Below, piece by piece: positions 36,310 through 46,309 of a stretch of 64,000 bases of DNA. Position 1 is the first letter of the stretch. The number at the start of each line of letters is the position of its first letter. The stretch lies in NCBI GenBank assembly GCA_049512315.1, contig JBEKXF010000011.1, forward strand, positions 30,180 to 94,179, read 5' to 3'. The position numbers were made by a program, and so were the translations under genes. The notes beneath the pieces were generated by a model. It was not told the origin of the DNA and searched no databases. It saw only the letters and a program-made list of their open reading frames with translations. This stretch comes from Candidatus Aminicenantales bacterium (GTDB taxonomy: Bacteria; Acidobacteriota; Aminicenantia; Aminicenantales; Saccharicenantaceae).

Positions 36310-37842
36310 ATGACTGACGTCATCGTGATCGGCGCCGGCCTGGGCGGGTTGATGGCCGCCGCGAAGCTCGCCCGGCGGGGGAGGAAGGTCCTCGTTCTCG
36401 AAAAAAAATTCCTCCCGGGAGGGACGGGCTACGTCTTCAAGCGCGGCGGATACTCGTTCCCCATGGGGCCTCTCTCGTTCAGCTTTCAGGGCCGCGTCCG
36501 CGATTTCCTGGAAAAAGCCGGCGTCGCCGAGTCCGTCAGTTTCCGGCGGAACGGCTTCGAGCTCCGGACGCCGTTCCTCGACGTCATGATGTCCCAATCC
36601 CTGCCCGACATGGAATCGAGCCTCGTCGCGATCTTCCCGGAAGAGAAGAGCGGTCTCGTCGAGTACTTCGCACAATTGCAGGAGTCCATCGCCGTGGCCA
36701 AGGACATGGACCTCTGGCACCCCGATTTCGGTCCTCGTCCGGGGTCGAGAGATCGCGGCGTGCGTAGGGGCGCCGCCGGGTCGGAGATGGACGTCGCAGC
36801 CCGCGCGGCCGAGGTCCGGCGGCTTTCCGGGACTCCGGCCGCCGAGCTTCTTGACCGGGTGATCGGCAACGCCTCCCTGAGGGATTTTCTGGGGTCCATG
36901 GGGACAAGCCCGCCGGAAATGTCCATGTTGAACCTGGCCCTGATGTGGAACATCATGGCCGAGGAAGGCATCTGGTTCCCTTCCTGCGGCGTCCACGGGA
37001 TGGCCGACCTTCTCCGGAGAAAGATCACGGACCTCGGCGGGGAGGTCAGGCTCTCGGAGCCCGTCCGGAGGATCATCGTCCGGAGAGGCCGGGCCGCGGG
37101 CGTCATGACGGCAGGAGGCCAGGCCCTCGAGTCCCGCTGGGTGGTCTCGAACGCGGACTACAAGACGACATTTCTCGATCTCCTGGACGCCGGGGACATC
37201 CCGGAGGTAGACCTGGGCCCCATCCGGGCCGCCCCTTACACGGGTTCCGAGTTCTGCGTCTACCTCGGGATCAGGCCCGAGGAAGCGGACCTCAGGGCCA
37301 TCCACGCCGAGCACCTCTTTTTCCGGAAGGAGATTCGGGAGGGAACGGCCGGCGGCCCGGAGGATTTCAACAACCGGGAGATCGAGATCTGTTTCTGGTC
37401 GAGGAAAGCTTCCGACTTGGCCCCGGCGGGCCGGGCCTCCCTGGTCCTGAGGGTCGGCTTCCCGTACGAGCACTTCGCGGCCTGGCGGACCGGCGATAAG
37501 GAAAGGAAAGAAGGATACAAGGAATACAAAGCGCGGCTGGCCCGGAGCCTTATCCAAACCGTCGAGACCATCCTCCCGGGGCTCTCGAAGGCCATCGAGG
37601 TCCAGGAGATCGCGACGCCTCTCACGTATCGCGACTGGGGGAGCCGATACCTGGGCTCGATCGCCGGCTGGACCTGGGGTCCCGGGGATTCGGGTCCGCT
37701 TTCAAGAAAAATCCTCGTCCGGACGCCCGTGCCCGGCCTCTTCGCGGCCGGCGTTTACGCGGCCGCGGAGCTTTTCCTCGGCGGGGTCCCGACAGCTCTC
37801 TACACCGGGAGCCTGGCCGCCGACATGGTCCTCGCGGGCTGA
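36310..37842 (+). CDS. NAD(P)/FAD-dependent oxidoreductase (phytoene desaturase/amine oxidase-like family)
   Basis: N-terminal Rossmann DVIVIGAGLGGLMAAAKLARRGRKVLVLEK; ~510 aa; C-terminal FAD-binding GxxxAAGV-like segment (FAAGVYAAAELFLGG). Confidence 0.75.
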   Translation: MTDVIVIGAGLGGLMAAAKLARRGRKVLVLEKKFLPGGTGYVFKRGGYSFPMGPLSFSFQGRVRDFLEKAGVAESVSFRRNGFELRTPFLDVMMSQSLPDMESSLVAIFPEEKSGLVEYFAQLQESIAVAKDMDLWHPDFGPRPGSRDRGVRRGAAGSEMDVAARAAEVRRLSGTPAAELLDRVIGNASLRDFLGSMGTSPPEMSMLNLALMWNIMAEEGIWFPSCGVHGMADLLRRKITDLGGEVRLSEPVRRIIVRRGRAAGVMTAGGQALESRWVVSNADYKTTFLDLLDAGDIPEVDLGPIRAAPYTGSEFCVYLGIRPEEADLRAIHAEHLFFRKEIREGTAGGPEDFNNREIEICFWSRKASDLAPAGRASLVLRVGFPYEHFAAWRTGDKERKEGYKEYKARLARSLIQTVETILPGLSKAIEVQEIATPLTYRDWGSRYLGSIAGWTWGPGDSGPLSRKILVRTPVPGLFAAGVYAAAELFLGGVPTALYTGSLAADMVLAG

Positions 37843-37857
37843 GTCCGCTCGCCGGAT

Positions 37858-40242
37858 TTATTTCACGGCGTTCTGGACGGGCGCGATGTCGTCGATGATC
37901 CACATCCCCCGGCCGTTGGTCGCGATAACCAGGCAGTTGTCCCGCGGGTGGATGGCGATGTCCCAGACGTAGGTCGTCGGCAGGCCGCTGCCAAGGACGC
38001 TCCAGGTCTTCCCGCCGTCGATCGTCACATACATCCCCGTGTCCGTGCCGGCATAGAGGACTTCCTTCTTCCTGGGGTCTTCGCGGACGACGTTGACCGG
38101 GCCGCCGGGGATGTTCCCGGCGATGCTGACCCACGTCTTGCCGTAGTCCCCGGACTTGTAGAGATAAGGATTGAAGTCGTCGTCGTGGCGCCCGACGAGG
38201 GTAACGTAGACGGTCGCGGGATCGTGCTTGGAGGCCACGACCTTCCAGACGTGCTTGTTGAAGGGGAGCCCGGGCGTGATCTCGGTCCAGGGCTCGCCTC
38301 CGGTCTTCGTCACCCAGACCCGGCCGTCGTCCGTTCCGGCGTAGAGGACGCCGAACTTGAAGGGCGATTCGTCAACCGCCGTGATGGTAGCGAAGGGGAT
38401 GCCGTAGGGCCACTTCCCCTGCTGCTCGGGGTTGTTGTAGGTCAAGTCGGGGCTGATGCGGTCCCAAGTCTCCCCCCGGTTCATGGACCGGAACAGGTAC
38501 TGGAATCCGGTGTAAACGACCTGGGAGTTCTGGGGCGAGAGCGTCAACCCGGCCAGCCATTGGCCCCGGTAATCGGGTTCGCCTTTGGCGGCCTTGGGGA
38601 AGACCTCTTTGCTGTCCCAGGCGCCGTTCTTGACCTCCGACCGCATGAGCCGGCCGTAATACGAAGACGAGTACTCGGTCGCTGGGTCCGCGGGGTCGAC
38701 GGCGATCAGGGTGCCTTCGCCGCCGGGTGCCGTCTCCCATTTCGGCTCCGGCCTCTCGAACCTCATCCGCCGGCCCTGCGGCGCCTGTCCCGGCTTGACG
38801 AGCGGGATCAGGCCCCGGTATGTGCCCTGGTCCTGGACGGAGCCGTAGGCCCAGAACGGCGATTGCGAGTCCAAGGTGACGTTGTAGAACTGGACGGCCG
38901 GAATGCCCTTGTGGAAGTCGCGCCAGGTCTTGCCGCCGTCGTAGGAGACGTTGGCCCCGCCGTCGTTGACGTTGATCAGGTAATTGGAGTCGGCCGGGTC
39001 GATCCACAGGCCGTGGTGATCACCGTGGAGCCCCTCATAGTATAGATTCTTGAACGTCTTGGCGCCGTCGATCGATTTGGCCAGCCCCAGCCCCATGATG
39101 TAAACCGTGTTCTCGTCGTTGGGGTCGACCCGGATCTGGCTGAAGACCCAACCGTAGGTGCCGCCGAAGCGCTCGAAGTAGGGTGTCGTCGGACTCGCCT
39201 TACGCCAGGTTTCCCCCTTGTCGTCCGAGCGGTAGATCTCGGCGCCGACGATGCCGCGCTGCCGCGGCCGGCCGTAGGAATCGAGCTCCCCGGCCTGGGC
39301 TTCCTTGCCCGGGGTGTGGTTGTCGACGAAGGCATAGATCACGCCGGGCTTGGTCCGGCAGAGGTCGATCCCGATCCGCCCCGTGAACTGGGTATCGGGG
39401 AGGCCGTTGTTGATGGGTTTCCAGGTCTTGCCGGCGTCGGTCGTCTTGAAAAGCCCGTCCTCGCCGCCCGGCACGGGGTCGCTCCAGCGCTGCCGGGTCC
39501 GGTTCCAGGTCGCCGCGTAGAGCGTGTCCGGGTCCCGAGGGTCCATGACGAGGTCGTTGGAGCCGACCCTCTCGTTGACGTAGAGGACCTTCTGCCAGGT
39601 CTTGCCGCCGTCGGTCGTCTTGAAGACGCCCCGTTCGGGGTTAGAGGTCCACTCATGGCCCGAGGCCGCGACGTAGACGATGTCCGGATTCGTCGGGTGG
39701 ATGATGATCCGGCCGATCGTGTAGGTGGCTTCGAGGCCCATGTGGCTCCAGGTCTTGCCGCCGTCGATCGTCTTGAATACGCCGATCCCCGGCTCGGAGG
39801 CGCGGAAAATATTGGCCTCGCCGGTCCCCACCCAGACGATGTTCGGGTCGGATTCGGCCACGGCGATGTCGCCGATGGACTGGGTCGGCATGTCCTCGAA
39901 AAGCGGCTCCCAGGTGATGCCCGCGTTCGTCGTCTTCCAGACACCGCCCGTCGCGGCGGCGATGTAGAAGACGTTCCGGCCGCCCTTAGCCGGCACGGCG
40001 ATGTCGGTGCAGCGCCCGCCGAGGTCCATCGGGCCGATGAAGCGCCACTTGAGGTCCTTGAAGGGCGACTGATCCTTCATGGCCTTGTGCTGGTCGAACC
40101 ACTTCAGCCGCTGGGACGGGTCGGTGTTCTCGATCTTTTTCTGAGCCTTGGCCGGCGCCTTGGCCTGGACTGCCCAGCCGGCGAGGACGAAGGCCAGAAG
40201 GAAAATCCCGAAAATGAGAAGAGACCTGCGCATCAGGGCCAT
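37858..40242 (-). CDS. secreted BNR/Asp-box repeat protein, sortilin/VPS10-like (xyloglucanase-like) beta-propeller
   Basis: ~10 Asp-box repeats (DGGKTW, TDGGKTWQ, TDAGKTWK, DDKGETW, YDGGKTWR, GDYGKTW, IDGGKTWS); signal peptide from internal ATG MALMRRSLLIFGIFLLAF with GGAGG RBS. Confidence 0.75.
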   Translation of the reverse strand: MALMRRSLLIFGIFLLAFVLAGWAVQAKAPAKAQKKIENTDPSQRLKWFDQHKAMKDQSPFKDLKWRFIGPMDLGGRCTDIAVPAKGGRNVFYIAAATGGVWKTTNAGITWEPLFEDMPTQSIGDIAVAESDPNIVWVGTGEANIFRASEPGIGVFKTIDGGKTWSHMGLEATYTIGRIIIHPTNPDIVYVAASGHEWTSNPERGVFKTTDGGKTWQKVLYVNERVGSNDLVMDPRDPDTLYAATWNRTRQRWSDPVPGGEDGLFKTTDAGKTWKPINNGLPDTQFTGRIGIDLCRTKPGVIYAFVDNHTPGKEAQAGELDSYGRPRQRGIVGAEIYRSDDKGETWRKASPTTPYFERFGGTYGWVFSQIRVDPNDENTVYIMGLGLAKSIDGAKTFKNLYYEGLHGDHHGLWIDPADSNYLINVNDGGANVSYDGGKTWRDFHKGIPAVQFYNVTLDSQSPFWAYGSVQDQGTYRGLIPLVKPGQAPQGRRMRFERPEPKWETAPGGEGTLIAVDPADPATEYSSSYYGRLMRSEVKNGAWDSKEVFPKAAKGEPDYRGQWLAGLTLSPQNSQVVYTGFQYLFRSMNRGETWDRISPDLTYNNPEQQGKWPYGIPFATITAVDESPFKFGVLYAGTDDGRVWVTKTGGEPWTEITPGLPFNKHVWKVVASKHDPATVYVTLVGRHDDDFNPYLYKSGDYGKTWVSIAGNIPGGPVNVVREDPRKKEVLYAGTDTGMYVTIDGGKTWSVLGSGLPTTYVWDIAIHPRDNCLVIATNGRGMWIIDDIAPVQNAVK

Positions 40243-40396
40243 GATGATACCTCCGGGGATGGATTTGACGCGGAGAGAAGATCGTCGGGCGTCATGGTGC
40301 AAGATCACGATACGAAATTCCGGAGGGTCCTGTCAATTGCCCTGCCTCGCGCAAGGATTCGGCGGACGGACCATCGTCGGCGATGGATCGGGAGAG

Positions 40397-41350
40397 CTAA
40401 GCCAGGACTTTGAGCAGGTGGTAGTCGTCCGAGACGTCGCAGGCTTTCGGCAGGATGGAAGTCTCGAGCGGCAGGAGCTCGAGATTCCCGTTCTTGAGGT
40501 GGACGCAGACGTCGGACTTCCCGTCGACAAGGGCTTCGACGGCGGCGTGGCCGAGGCGGGCAGCTAATATCCGGTCCAGGGCCGTCGGGCGGCCGCCCCT
40601 CTGGATGTGACCGAGGACCGCGATCCTCGTCTCGAGTCCCGTGTCCCGGGTGATGGCCGCGGCCACGTCCGACGCGTGCGCCTTCCCCTCGGCGGTGACG
40701 ATGATCCAGCTGACCTTGCCCCGGGCGTGGCCGTTCTTGATCTCGCGGCACATGGACTCGATGTCGACGTCCCGTTCCGGGAGCAGGACCTCCTCGCATC
40801 CGCCCGCCAGGGCCACCTGCATGGCGATGTAGCCGCAGCACCGTCCCATGACCTCGACAACGAAGATCCTCTCGAGGCTCGTGGCCGTATCGCGGATCTT
40901 GTCCAGGGCGTCCAGGGCGACGTTGACGGACGTGTCGGCGCCGATCGTGATATCGACGCCGCTGATGTCGTTATCGATGGTCGCCGGGACGCCGACGGTT
41001 CTGATTCCGCATGCGGAGGCCAGGACGTGGGCGCCGGTGAGGGTCCCGTTCCCGCCGATGACGATGAGGCCCTCGATCCCGCGGGCCTCAATGTTCCTGA
41101 CTGCCCGGGCTTGGCCTTCGGCCGTAAAGAAACGCTCGGAACGGGCGGTCTTCAGGATGGTCCCGCCGAGGTTGATGATGCTCGAGACCGACCGCCGGTC
41201 GAGGGGGACGAAATCTCCGTCGATGAGGCCTTCGTAGCCGCGCAGGACGCCGAGGACCTCGATCCCCGCCGAGGTGGCGGTCCGGACGACGGCCCGGATG
41301 GCGGCGTTGACTCCCGCGCAGTCCCTCGTCAGGATGGCGATCCGTTCCAT
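40397..41350 (-). CDS. pfkA: ATP-dependent 6-phosphofructokinase
   Basis: MERIAILTRDCAGVNAAIRAVV ... GGNGTLTGA ... MGRCCGYIAM ... HIQRGG motifs; start at internal ATG 41350. Confidence 0.9.
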   Translation of the reverse strand: MERIAILTRDCAGVNAAIRAVVRTATSAGIEVLGVLRGYEGLIDGDFVPLDRRSVSSIINLGGTILKTARSERFFTAEGQARAVRNIEARGIEGLIVIGGNGTLTGAHVLASACGIRTVGVPATIDNDISGVDITIGADTSVNVALDALDKIRDTATSLERIFVVEVMGRCCGYIAMQVALAGGCEEVLLPERDVDIESMCREIKNGHARGKVSWIIVTAEGKAHASDVAAAITRDTGLETRIAVLGHIQRGGRPTALDRILAARLGHAAVEALVDGKSDVCVHLKNGNLELLPLETSILPKACDVSDDYHLLKVLA

Positions 41351-41448
41351 GGGACGATTATACCCTTGATATTCGGGTCCGTCCACCTTACAATGGAAGG
41401 CGATCCCCGAGCTCCGGGATTCATCTTCAAAGCAAGGGAGAGACAGGA

Positions 41449-42054
41449 ATGGCCACCAAGAAATTCATGTTCGGCTGCCTGGGTGTCGTCGTCCTGGCGA
41501 TCATCATTCTGGCGCTGTCGGTCAGCGGGACCTACAATCAGCTCGTCCGGCTCGATCAGAAAGTCCAGGCCCAGTGGGCCCAGGTCGAGAACGTCTACCA
41601 GAGGCGGGCGGACCTCGTCCCGAACTTGGTCGAGACCGTCAAGGGGGCCGCGGACTTCGAGAAGTCGACCTTTACGGCCGTCACCGAGGCCCGGGCCAAG
41701 GTCGGCCAGGTCCAGGTTTCGGCCGACAAGATCAATCCCGAGACCTTCGCCAAGTTCCAGCAGGCCCAGGACGGCCTGTCCTCGGCCCTGTCGCGCCTGC
41801 TCGTCGTGATGGAGAAGTACCCAGACCTCAAGGCCACGGAGAACTTCAAGACTCTCCAGGCCCAGCTCGAGGGGACGGAAAACCGGATCGCGACGGAGCG
41901 GATGCGCTTCAACGAGGCGGCCCAGGCCTTCAACACCAAGCGGATGAGCTTCCCGACCGTCCTCATCGCCGGGTTCTTCGGCGCGCGGTTCAACGAAAAG
42001 CCCTACTTCAAGGCCCAGCCCGGCTCGGAAACGGCGCCCAAGGTCAAGTTCTAG
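41449..42054 (+). CDS. lemA: LemA family protein
   Basis: N-terminal TM helix then conserved LemA core (YNQLVRLDQKVQAQWAQVENVYQRRADLVPNLV). Confidence 0.85.
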   Translation: MATKKFMFGCLGVVVLAIIILALSVSGTYNQLVRLDQKVQAQWAQVENVYQRRADLVPNLVETVKGAADFEKSTFTAVTEARAKVGQVQVSADKINPETFAKFQQAQDGLSSALSRLLVVMEKYPDLKATENFKTLQAQLEGTENRIATERMRFNEAAQAFNTKRMSFPTVLIAGFFGARFNEKPYFKAQPGSETAPKVKF

Positions 42055-42068
42055 GTGCAGCGACCCTG

Positions 42069-42821
42069 ATGCCGGCCCGCCTCCGATCGGCTGTCGTCCT
42101 CTCCGTCCTGTTCCTCTGCGCGGGGCTCTTCCTCGCGGCCCAGGACATCAAGATCCCGCCCGCGCCGGACCGCTGGGCCACGGACGAGGCGGGTTTCCTG
42201 TCCCGGGAAACGGTCGCGTCGCTCGATGCCCGTCTTGAGGCCTACGAGAAGGAGACCGGGCACCAGGTCCTCGTCTATGTCGGCCGGACCACGGGCGGCG
42301 TCACCATCGAGGAGTGGGCCGTCAAGGCCTTCGAGGCCTGGAAGGTGGGCCGCAAGGGGCTCGACGACGGCCTGGTCCTCTTCATCATGGCCGAGGACCG
42401 CAAGGCCAGGATCGAGGTCGGCTACGGTCTCGAGGAGCGCGTCCCCGACGCCAGTGCCTTCCGGATCATCAACGAGGTCCTCGTCCCCGGTTTCAGGAGC
42501 GGCCAGCAGGACGCCGCCGTTTCCGAGGCCGTGGCGAGCCTTCTTTCGCTCGCCTCCGGCCGGGAAGAGGCAAGCCCGCCTCAAGAAGGCCCGTCCCGGG
42601 GAGCGCGGGCTAGGTCCACCCTGAGCTCGATCTTCACGGTCGTGGCCGTCATTTTTTTCCTCATCCTCTTGATCACCCATCCGTCCCTGGCCCTATGGCT
42701 TCTCTTTAGTATTTTTTCCGGGGGCCGCGGAGGTGGCGGCGGAGGCTGGGGAGGAGGCGGTGGCGGTTTTAGCGGCGGCGGCGGGCGCTCGGGCGGCGGC
42801 GGCGCGTCCGGGTCGTGGTAA
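42069..42821 (+). CDS. TPM-domain protein (YgcG-like) with C-terminal TM helix and Gly-rich tail
   Basis: Signal peptide; TPM core (VLVYVGRTTGGVTIEEWAVKAFEAWKVGRKGLDDGLVLFIMAEDRKARIEVGYGLE); tail GGRGGGGGGWGGGGGGFSGGGG; start is in-frame internal ATG 42069, 12 nt after the lemA stop. Confidence 0.7.
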   Translation: MPARLRSAVVLSVLFLCAGLFLAAQDIKIPPAPDRWATDEAGFLSRETVASLDARLEAYEKETGHQVLVYVGRTTGGVTIEEWAVKAFEAWKVGRKGLDDGLVLFIMAEDRKARIEVGYGLEERVPDASAFRIINEVLVPGFRSGQQDAAVSEAVASLLSLASGREEASPPQEGPSRGARARSTLSSIFTVVAVIFFLILLITHPSLALWLLFSIFSGGRGGGGGGWGGGGGGFSGGGGRSGGGGASGSW

Positions 42822-42833
42822 GGGAGGTAATGC

Positions 42834-43283
42834 ATGACGGTCCGCAGCAGGCGCAGGCTGATGAAAACGATCGATGCCGAGCGGGTCAAAAAAGCGATCG
42901 TCGACGCCGAGCACGAGACCTCGGGCGAGATCCGCGTTTCGGTCGCCCCGTTTTTCTGGGGGCCGGTCCGGCGCGTGGCCCAGAGAGCTTTCGTCCGGCT
43001 GAAGATGGACCGAACGAAGGACAGGAACGGCATCCTGTTCTTCATCGTCCCGTCGCGGCGGCGCTTCGTCGTCCTCGGGGACGAGGGGATCCACGCCTGC
43101 GTTGGCCAGGAATTCTGGGATTCGCTGGCCTCCCTCCTCGCCGGGCATTTCCGCAAGGGCGAGTTCACCGAGGGCCTCGTCCGGGCGATCGGGGAGGGGG
43201 GGGCGAAGCTCGCCGCCCATTTCCCCTATGACCCGGCCGGCGACGTCAACGAGCTCCCGGACGACATAGATTTCGGAAAATAG
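42834..43283 (+). CDS. TPM-domain protein (DUF477-like), cytoplasmic partner of LemA/TPM pair
   Basis: GEIRVSVAPFF ... NGILFFIVPSRRRFVVLGDEGIH pattern typical of TPM phosphatase-like fold. Confidence 0.65.
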   Translation: MTVRSRRRLMKTIDAERVKKAIVDAEHETSGEIRVSVAPFFWGPVRRVAQRAFVRLKMDRTKDRNGILFFIVPSRRRFVVLGDEGIHACVGQEFWDSLASLLAGHFRKGEFTEGLVRAIGEGGAKLAAHFPYDPAGDVNELPDDIDFGK

Positions 43284-43338
43284 GCACCATTCATCAGCCC
43301 TCGCTCGGGCCTCCGCTTCTGTTGCAGCCACGAGGTTT

Positions 43339-43367
43339 TTGACTGGATTGTGGGCTTGTGCTAATAA
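43339..43367 (+). promoter_or_regulatory. candidate promoter for prolyl oligopeptidase gene: -35 TTGACT (43339-43344), 17-nt spacer, -10 TAATAA (43362-43367)
   Basis: Read directly; AGGGAG RBS 5 nt before ATG 43402. Confidence 0.4.
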
Positions 43368-43401
43368 TGGCCTCATTATGGCTTGAGCGAAGGGAGTGAA
43401 A

Positions 43402-45525
43402 ATGAGAAAAATGATGTCCATCCTTTGTGCGGTGTTTGTCCTGCTGGCCCTCGCCGCCTGCCAGAAAACCGCGGCCAAATTATCCTACCCGGCCACGAAA
43501 AAGGTCGACCAAGTGGACGACTATTTCGGGACCAAGGTCGCCGACCCCTACCGCTGGCTCGAGGACGACAACGCCGCAGACGTGAAGGCCTGGGTCCAGG
43601 CCGAGAACGCCGTGACGTTCGGCTACCTCGGCCAGATCCCGTTCCGGGAGAAGATCAAGCAGAGGCTGACGGAGATCTACAACTACCCCCGATACTCGTC
43701 GCCCTTCCGGGCCGGGGAATGTTATTTTTTCTATAAGAACGACGGCCTCCAGAACCAGTCCGTCTGCTACATCCAGAAGGGGCTGGACGGGGCGCCGGAA
43801 GTCTTTTTCGACCCCAACGCCCTCTCCCCGGACGGGACCGTGCGCCTCGGCATCGTGAGCCTCTCCCGGGACGACCGCTACGTCGCCCTGTCCCGCGGCG
43901 AGGCCGGCTCCGACTGGTCCGAGATCCGCATCATGGAGATCGCGACCAGGAAGGAGCTGCCCGACCGCGTCCAGTGGGTGAAGTTCTCCGGCGCGGCCTG
44001 GCAGGGGAACGGCTTCTATTATAGCCGCTACGACAAGCCCGCCCCGGGCCAGGAGCTCAAGGCCAAGAACGAGTTCCAGAAAGTCTTCTTCCACAGGCTC
44101 GGCGACCCCCAGGAGAAGGACGTCCTGGTCTATGAGGACAAGGAACATCCGCTGCGCTACGTCGGCGCCGAGACGACCGAGGACGAGAAGCTCCTGTTCC
44201 TGACCGTCTCCGAGGGGACGAGCGGCAACGAGCTATACGTCAAGGACCTGACCCGGAAGGCCGCGAAGCTCCAACCCCTCATCCAGGGGTTCGAATACGA
44301 CAGCGCGCCCATCGACGCCGTGGGAGACAAGGTCTTGGTCTACACGAACGTTGACGCCGCGAATTTCCGGGTCGTGCTCATCGATCCCAAAAAACCGGCC
44401 AAGGAGAGCTGGCAGACCGTCATCCCCGAGATGCCCGAAGTCCTGAGCGGGGCCAACGCGTCCGGCGGCTACCTCTTCTGCCACTATCTCAAGGACGCTA
44501 ATACCAAGATCTACCAGCACGGCCTTGACGGAACACTCGTCCGGGAGATCGGGCTGCCCGCCCTGGGCACGGCCAGCGGCTTCGGCGGGAAGCGGGACGA
44601 GAAGATCCTGTTCTACACCTTCACCTCTTTCACCTACCCGCCGACGATCTACAAGTACGACCCGGCTGGCGGCCGGTCCGAGATCTTTCGCCAGAGCGAG
44701 GTCAAGTTCAACCCCGCCGACTACGAGACCAAGCAGGTCTTTTACGCCAGCAAGGACGGGACAAGAGTGCCGATGTTCATCGTCCACAAAAAGGGCCTCA
44801 AGCTCGACGGCCGGAACCCGGCCTACCTCACAGCCTACGGCGGGTTCAATATCAGCGAACAGCCCTCCTTCAGTCCCAGCTATCTCGTCCTCCTCGAGAA
44901 CGGGGGAGTCTTCGCCCTGGCCAACCTCCGTGGCGGCGGCGAGTACGGCGAGGCCTGGCACAAGGCCGGGATGCTCCTCAACAAGCAGAATGTCTTCGAC
45001 GATTTCATCGCCGCGGCCGAATACCTCATCAAGGAAAAGTACACGTCGAAAGACACCCTGGCCGTGGCGGGCGGCTCGAACGGCGGGCTGCTCATCGGGG
45101 CGGTCATGACCCAGCGGCCGGACCTCTTCCGGGTCTGTCTCCCGGCGGTCGGGGTCATGGACATGCTCCGCTACCACAAGTTCACGGTCGGCTGGGGCTG
45201 GGCCGTCGAATACGGATCGAGCGACAACGAGAAGAATTTCAGGAACCTCTACGCCTATTCACCCCTGCACAACCTCAAGGCCGGGGTCTGCTATCCGGCC
45301 ACGCTGGTCACGACGGCCGACCACGACGACCGCGTGGTGCCGGCCCATTCGTTCAAGTTCGCGGCCACCCTCCAGGAAAAGCAGGCCTGCGCAAACCCCG
45401 TCCTCATCCGGATCGAGACGCGCTCCGGCCACGGCTCGAGCAACCTGAGCAAGGCCATCGACGCCCTGACGGACACCTGGGCGTTCATGTTCGCCAATGT
45501 GGGAGTCACGCCGAAGGACAAGTGA
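43402..45525 (+). CDS. prolyl oligopeptidase (S9A), lipoprotein
   Basis: Lipobox LLALAAC; N-terminal beta-propeller and C-terminal alpha/beta hydrolase with GGSNGGLL (Ser nucleophile) and catalytic Asp/His region; ATG 43402 preferred over GTG 43396. Confidence 0.9.
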   Translation: MRKMMSILCAVFVLLALAACQKTAAKLSYPATKKVDQVDDYFGTKVADPYRWLEDDNAADVKAWVQAENAVTFGYLGQIPFREKIKQRLTEIYNYPRYSSPFRAGECYFFYKNDGLQNQSVCYIQKGLDGAPEVFFDPNALSPDGTVRLGIVSLSRDDRYVALSRGEAGSDWSEIRIMEIATRKELPDRVQWVKFSGAAWQGNGFYYSRYDKPAPGQELKAKNEFQKVFFHRLGDPQEKDVLVYEDKEHPLRYVGAETTEDEKLLFLTVSEGTSGNELYVKDLTRKAAKLQPLIQGFEYDSAPIDAVGDKVLVYTNVDAANFRVVLIDPKKPAKESWQTVIPEMPEVLSGANASGGYLFCHYLKDANTKIYQHGLDGTLVREIGLPALGTASGFGGKRDEKILFYTFTSFTYPPTIYKYDPAGGRSEIFRQSEVKFNPADYETKQVFYASKDGTRVPMFIVHKKGLKLDGRNPAYLTAYGGFNISEQPSFSPSYLVLLENGGVFALANLRGGGEYGEAWHKAGMLLNKQNVFDDFIAAAEYLIKEKYTSKDTLAVAGGSNGGLLIGAVMTQRPDLFRVCLPAVGVMDMLRYHKFTVGWGWAVEYGSSDNEKNFRNLYAYSPLHNLKAGVCYPATLVTTADHDDRVVPAHSFKFAATLQEKQACANPVLIRIETRSGHGSSNLSKAIDALTDTWAFMFANVGVTPKDK

Positions 45526-45594
45526 GGAGTCGCCCTGTCGGGGCGTCGGTTTGGAGGGGAGCGGGGACGGGCTCCGGTGGGGGTGCCGGTGCGG

Positions 45595-46185
45595 CTAGTG
45601 CCTGCCCGGCGTGTTTTTCCGGGCCGCGTCGAGCTGGGTTTTCAGCTTGGCGTCGTCGTCCTGGGCCTTGGCGAGCTTCTGGCTCGTATCGTCGACCTGC
45701 TGCATGATAACGTCCCGGGGGGTCATCGAGTTCAGGTCGTTGGATTCCTGCAGGAGCATATTCATCTTGTTCGTCAGGAGGTCGACAAGCTCGTCGGCGG
45801 CCTTGAGCTGGAGTTCGAGGTCCTTCTCAGTCGCCGGCGGCCCCGGGACGGCTCCCGGTCCGTAGAGGGCCGGTCCGTCACGGAGGACGGTCGGCACCAT
45901 CACAACGGGCTCGGAGGAGCCGCCGGCCCCGGGGGGGATGACTCCGGTCGCGTCCGGGCCCTCGACCGACGGGGTGTTCTGGTCCGTCGAGAGGTCCGCC
46001 GAAGCCGTGGAGATCGCCGGGGTTTTCCGGACGGCGGCCAGGTCGGCATTGGTGACGACCTTGGCCCTGTTCACTCCGAGGCCCCCGCGGCGCGCCTTTT
46101 CCTGCTGGGAGAGCTCGGCGACGCTCTGCCCGTAAAGGGAGCCGGCTAGGATCAGGAAGGCAGCGACCGCCAGGGCTTTCTTCAT
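45595..46185 (-). CDS. hypothetical secreted protein (Ala/Pro/Gly-rich, C-terminal coiled-coil), last gene downstream of pilY1
   Basis: Signal peptide MKKALAVAAFLILAGSLYG from internal ATG 46185 with AAGGTGG RBS; composition weakly protein-like. Confidence 0.45.
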   Translation of the reverse strand: MKKALAVAAFLILAGSLYGQSVAELSQQEKARRGGLGVNRAKVVTNADLAAVRKTPAISTASADLSTDQNTPSVEGPDATGVIPPGAGGSSEPVVMVPTVLRDGPALYGPGAVPGPPATEKDLELQLKAADELVDLLTNKMNMLLQESNDLNSMTPRDVIMQQVDDTSQKLAKAQDDDAKLKTQLDAARKNTPGRH

Positions 46186-46309
46186 AAGGATACCACCTTC
46201 TTTATTGTTCCATTTCCGGGGACATCGGTCAAGCCCCGCTCTCGGACCGGCGGCCCGGGAGTCCCGCCTCGGGACCCCGGACCGGCCGCGCTCGGACATT
46301 CGTCCGGCG

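Noticed and set aside
42693-42821. Gly-codon repeat (ggcggcgg...) at the end of the TPM gene considered as a tandem DNA repeat feature
   Set aside because: It encodes the poly-Gly tail typical of YgcG-like TPM proteins. It is low-complexity coding sequence rather than a structured repeat element.
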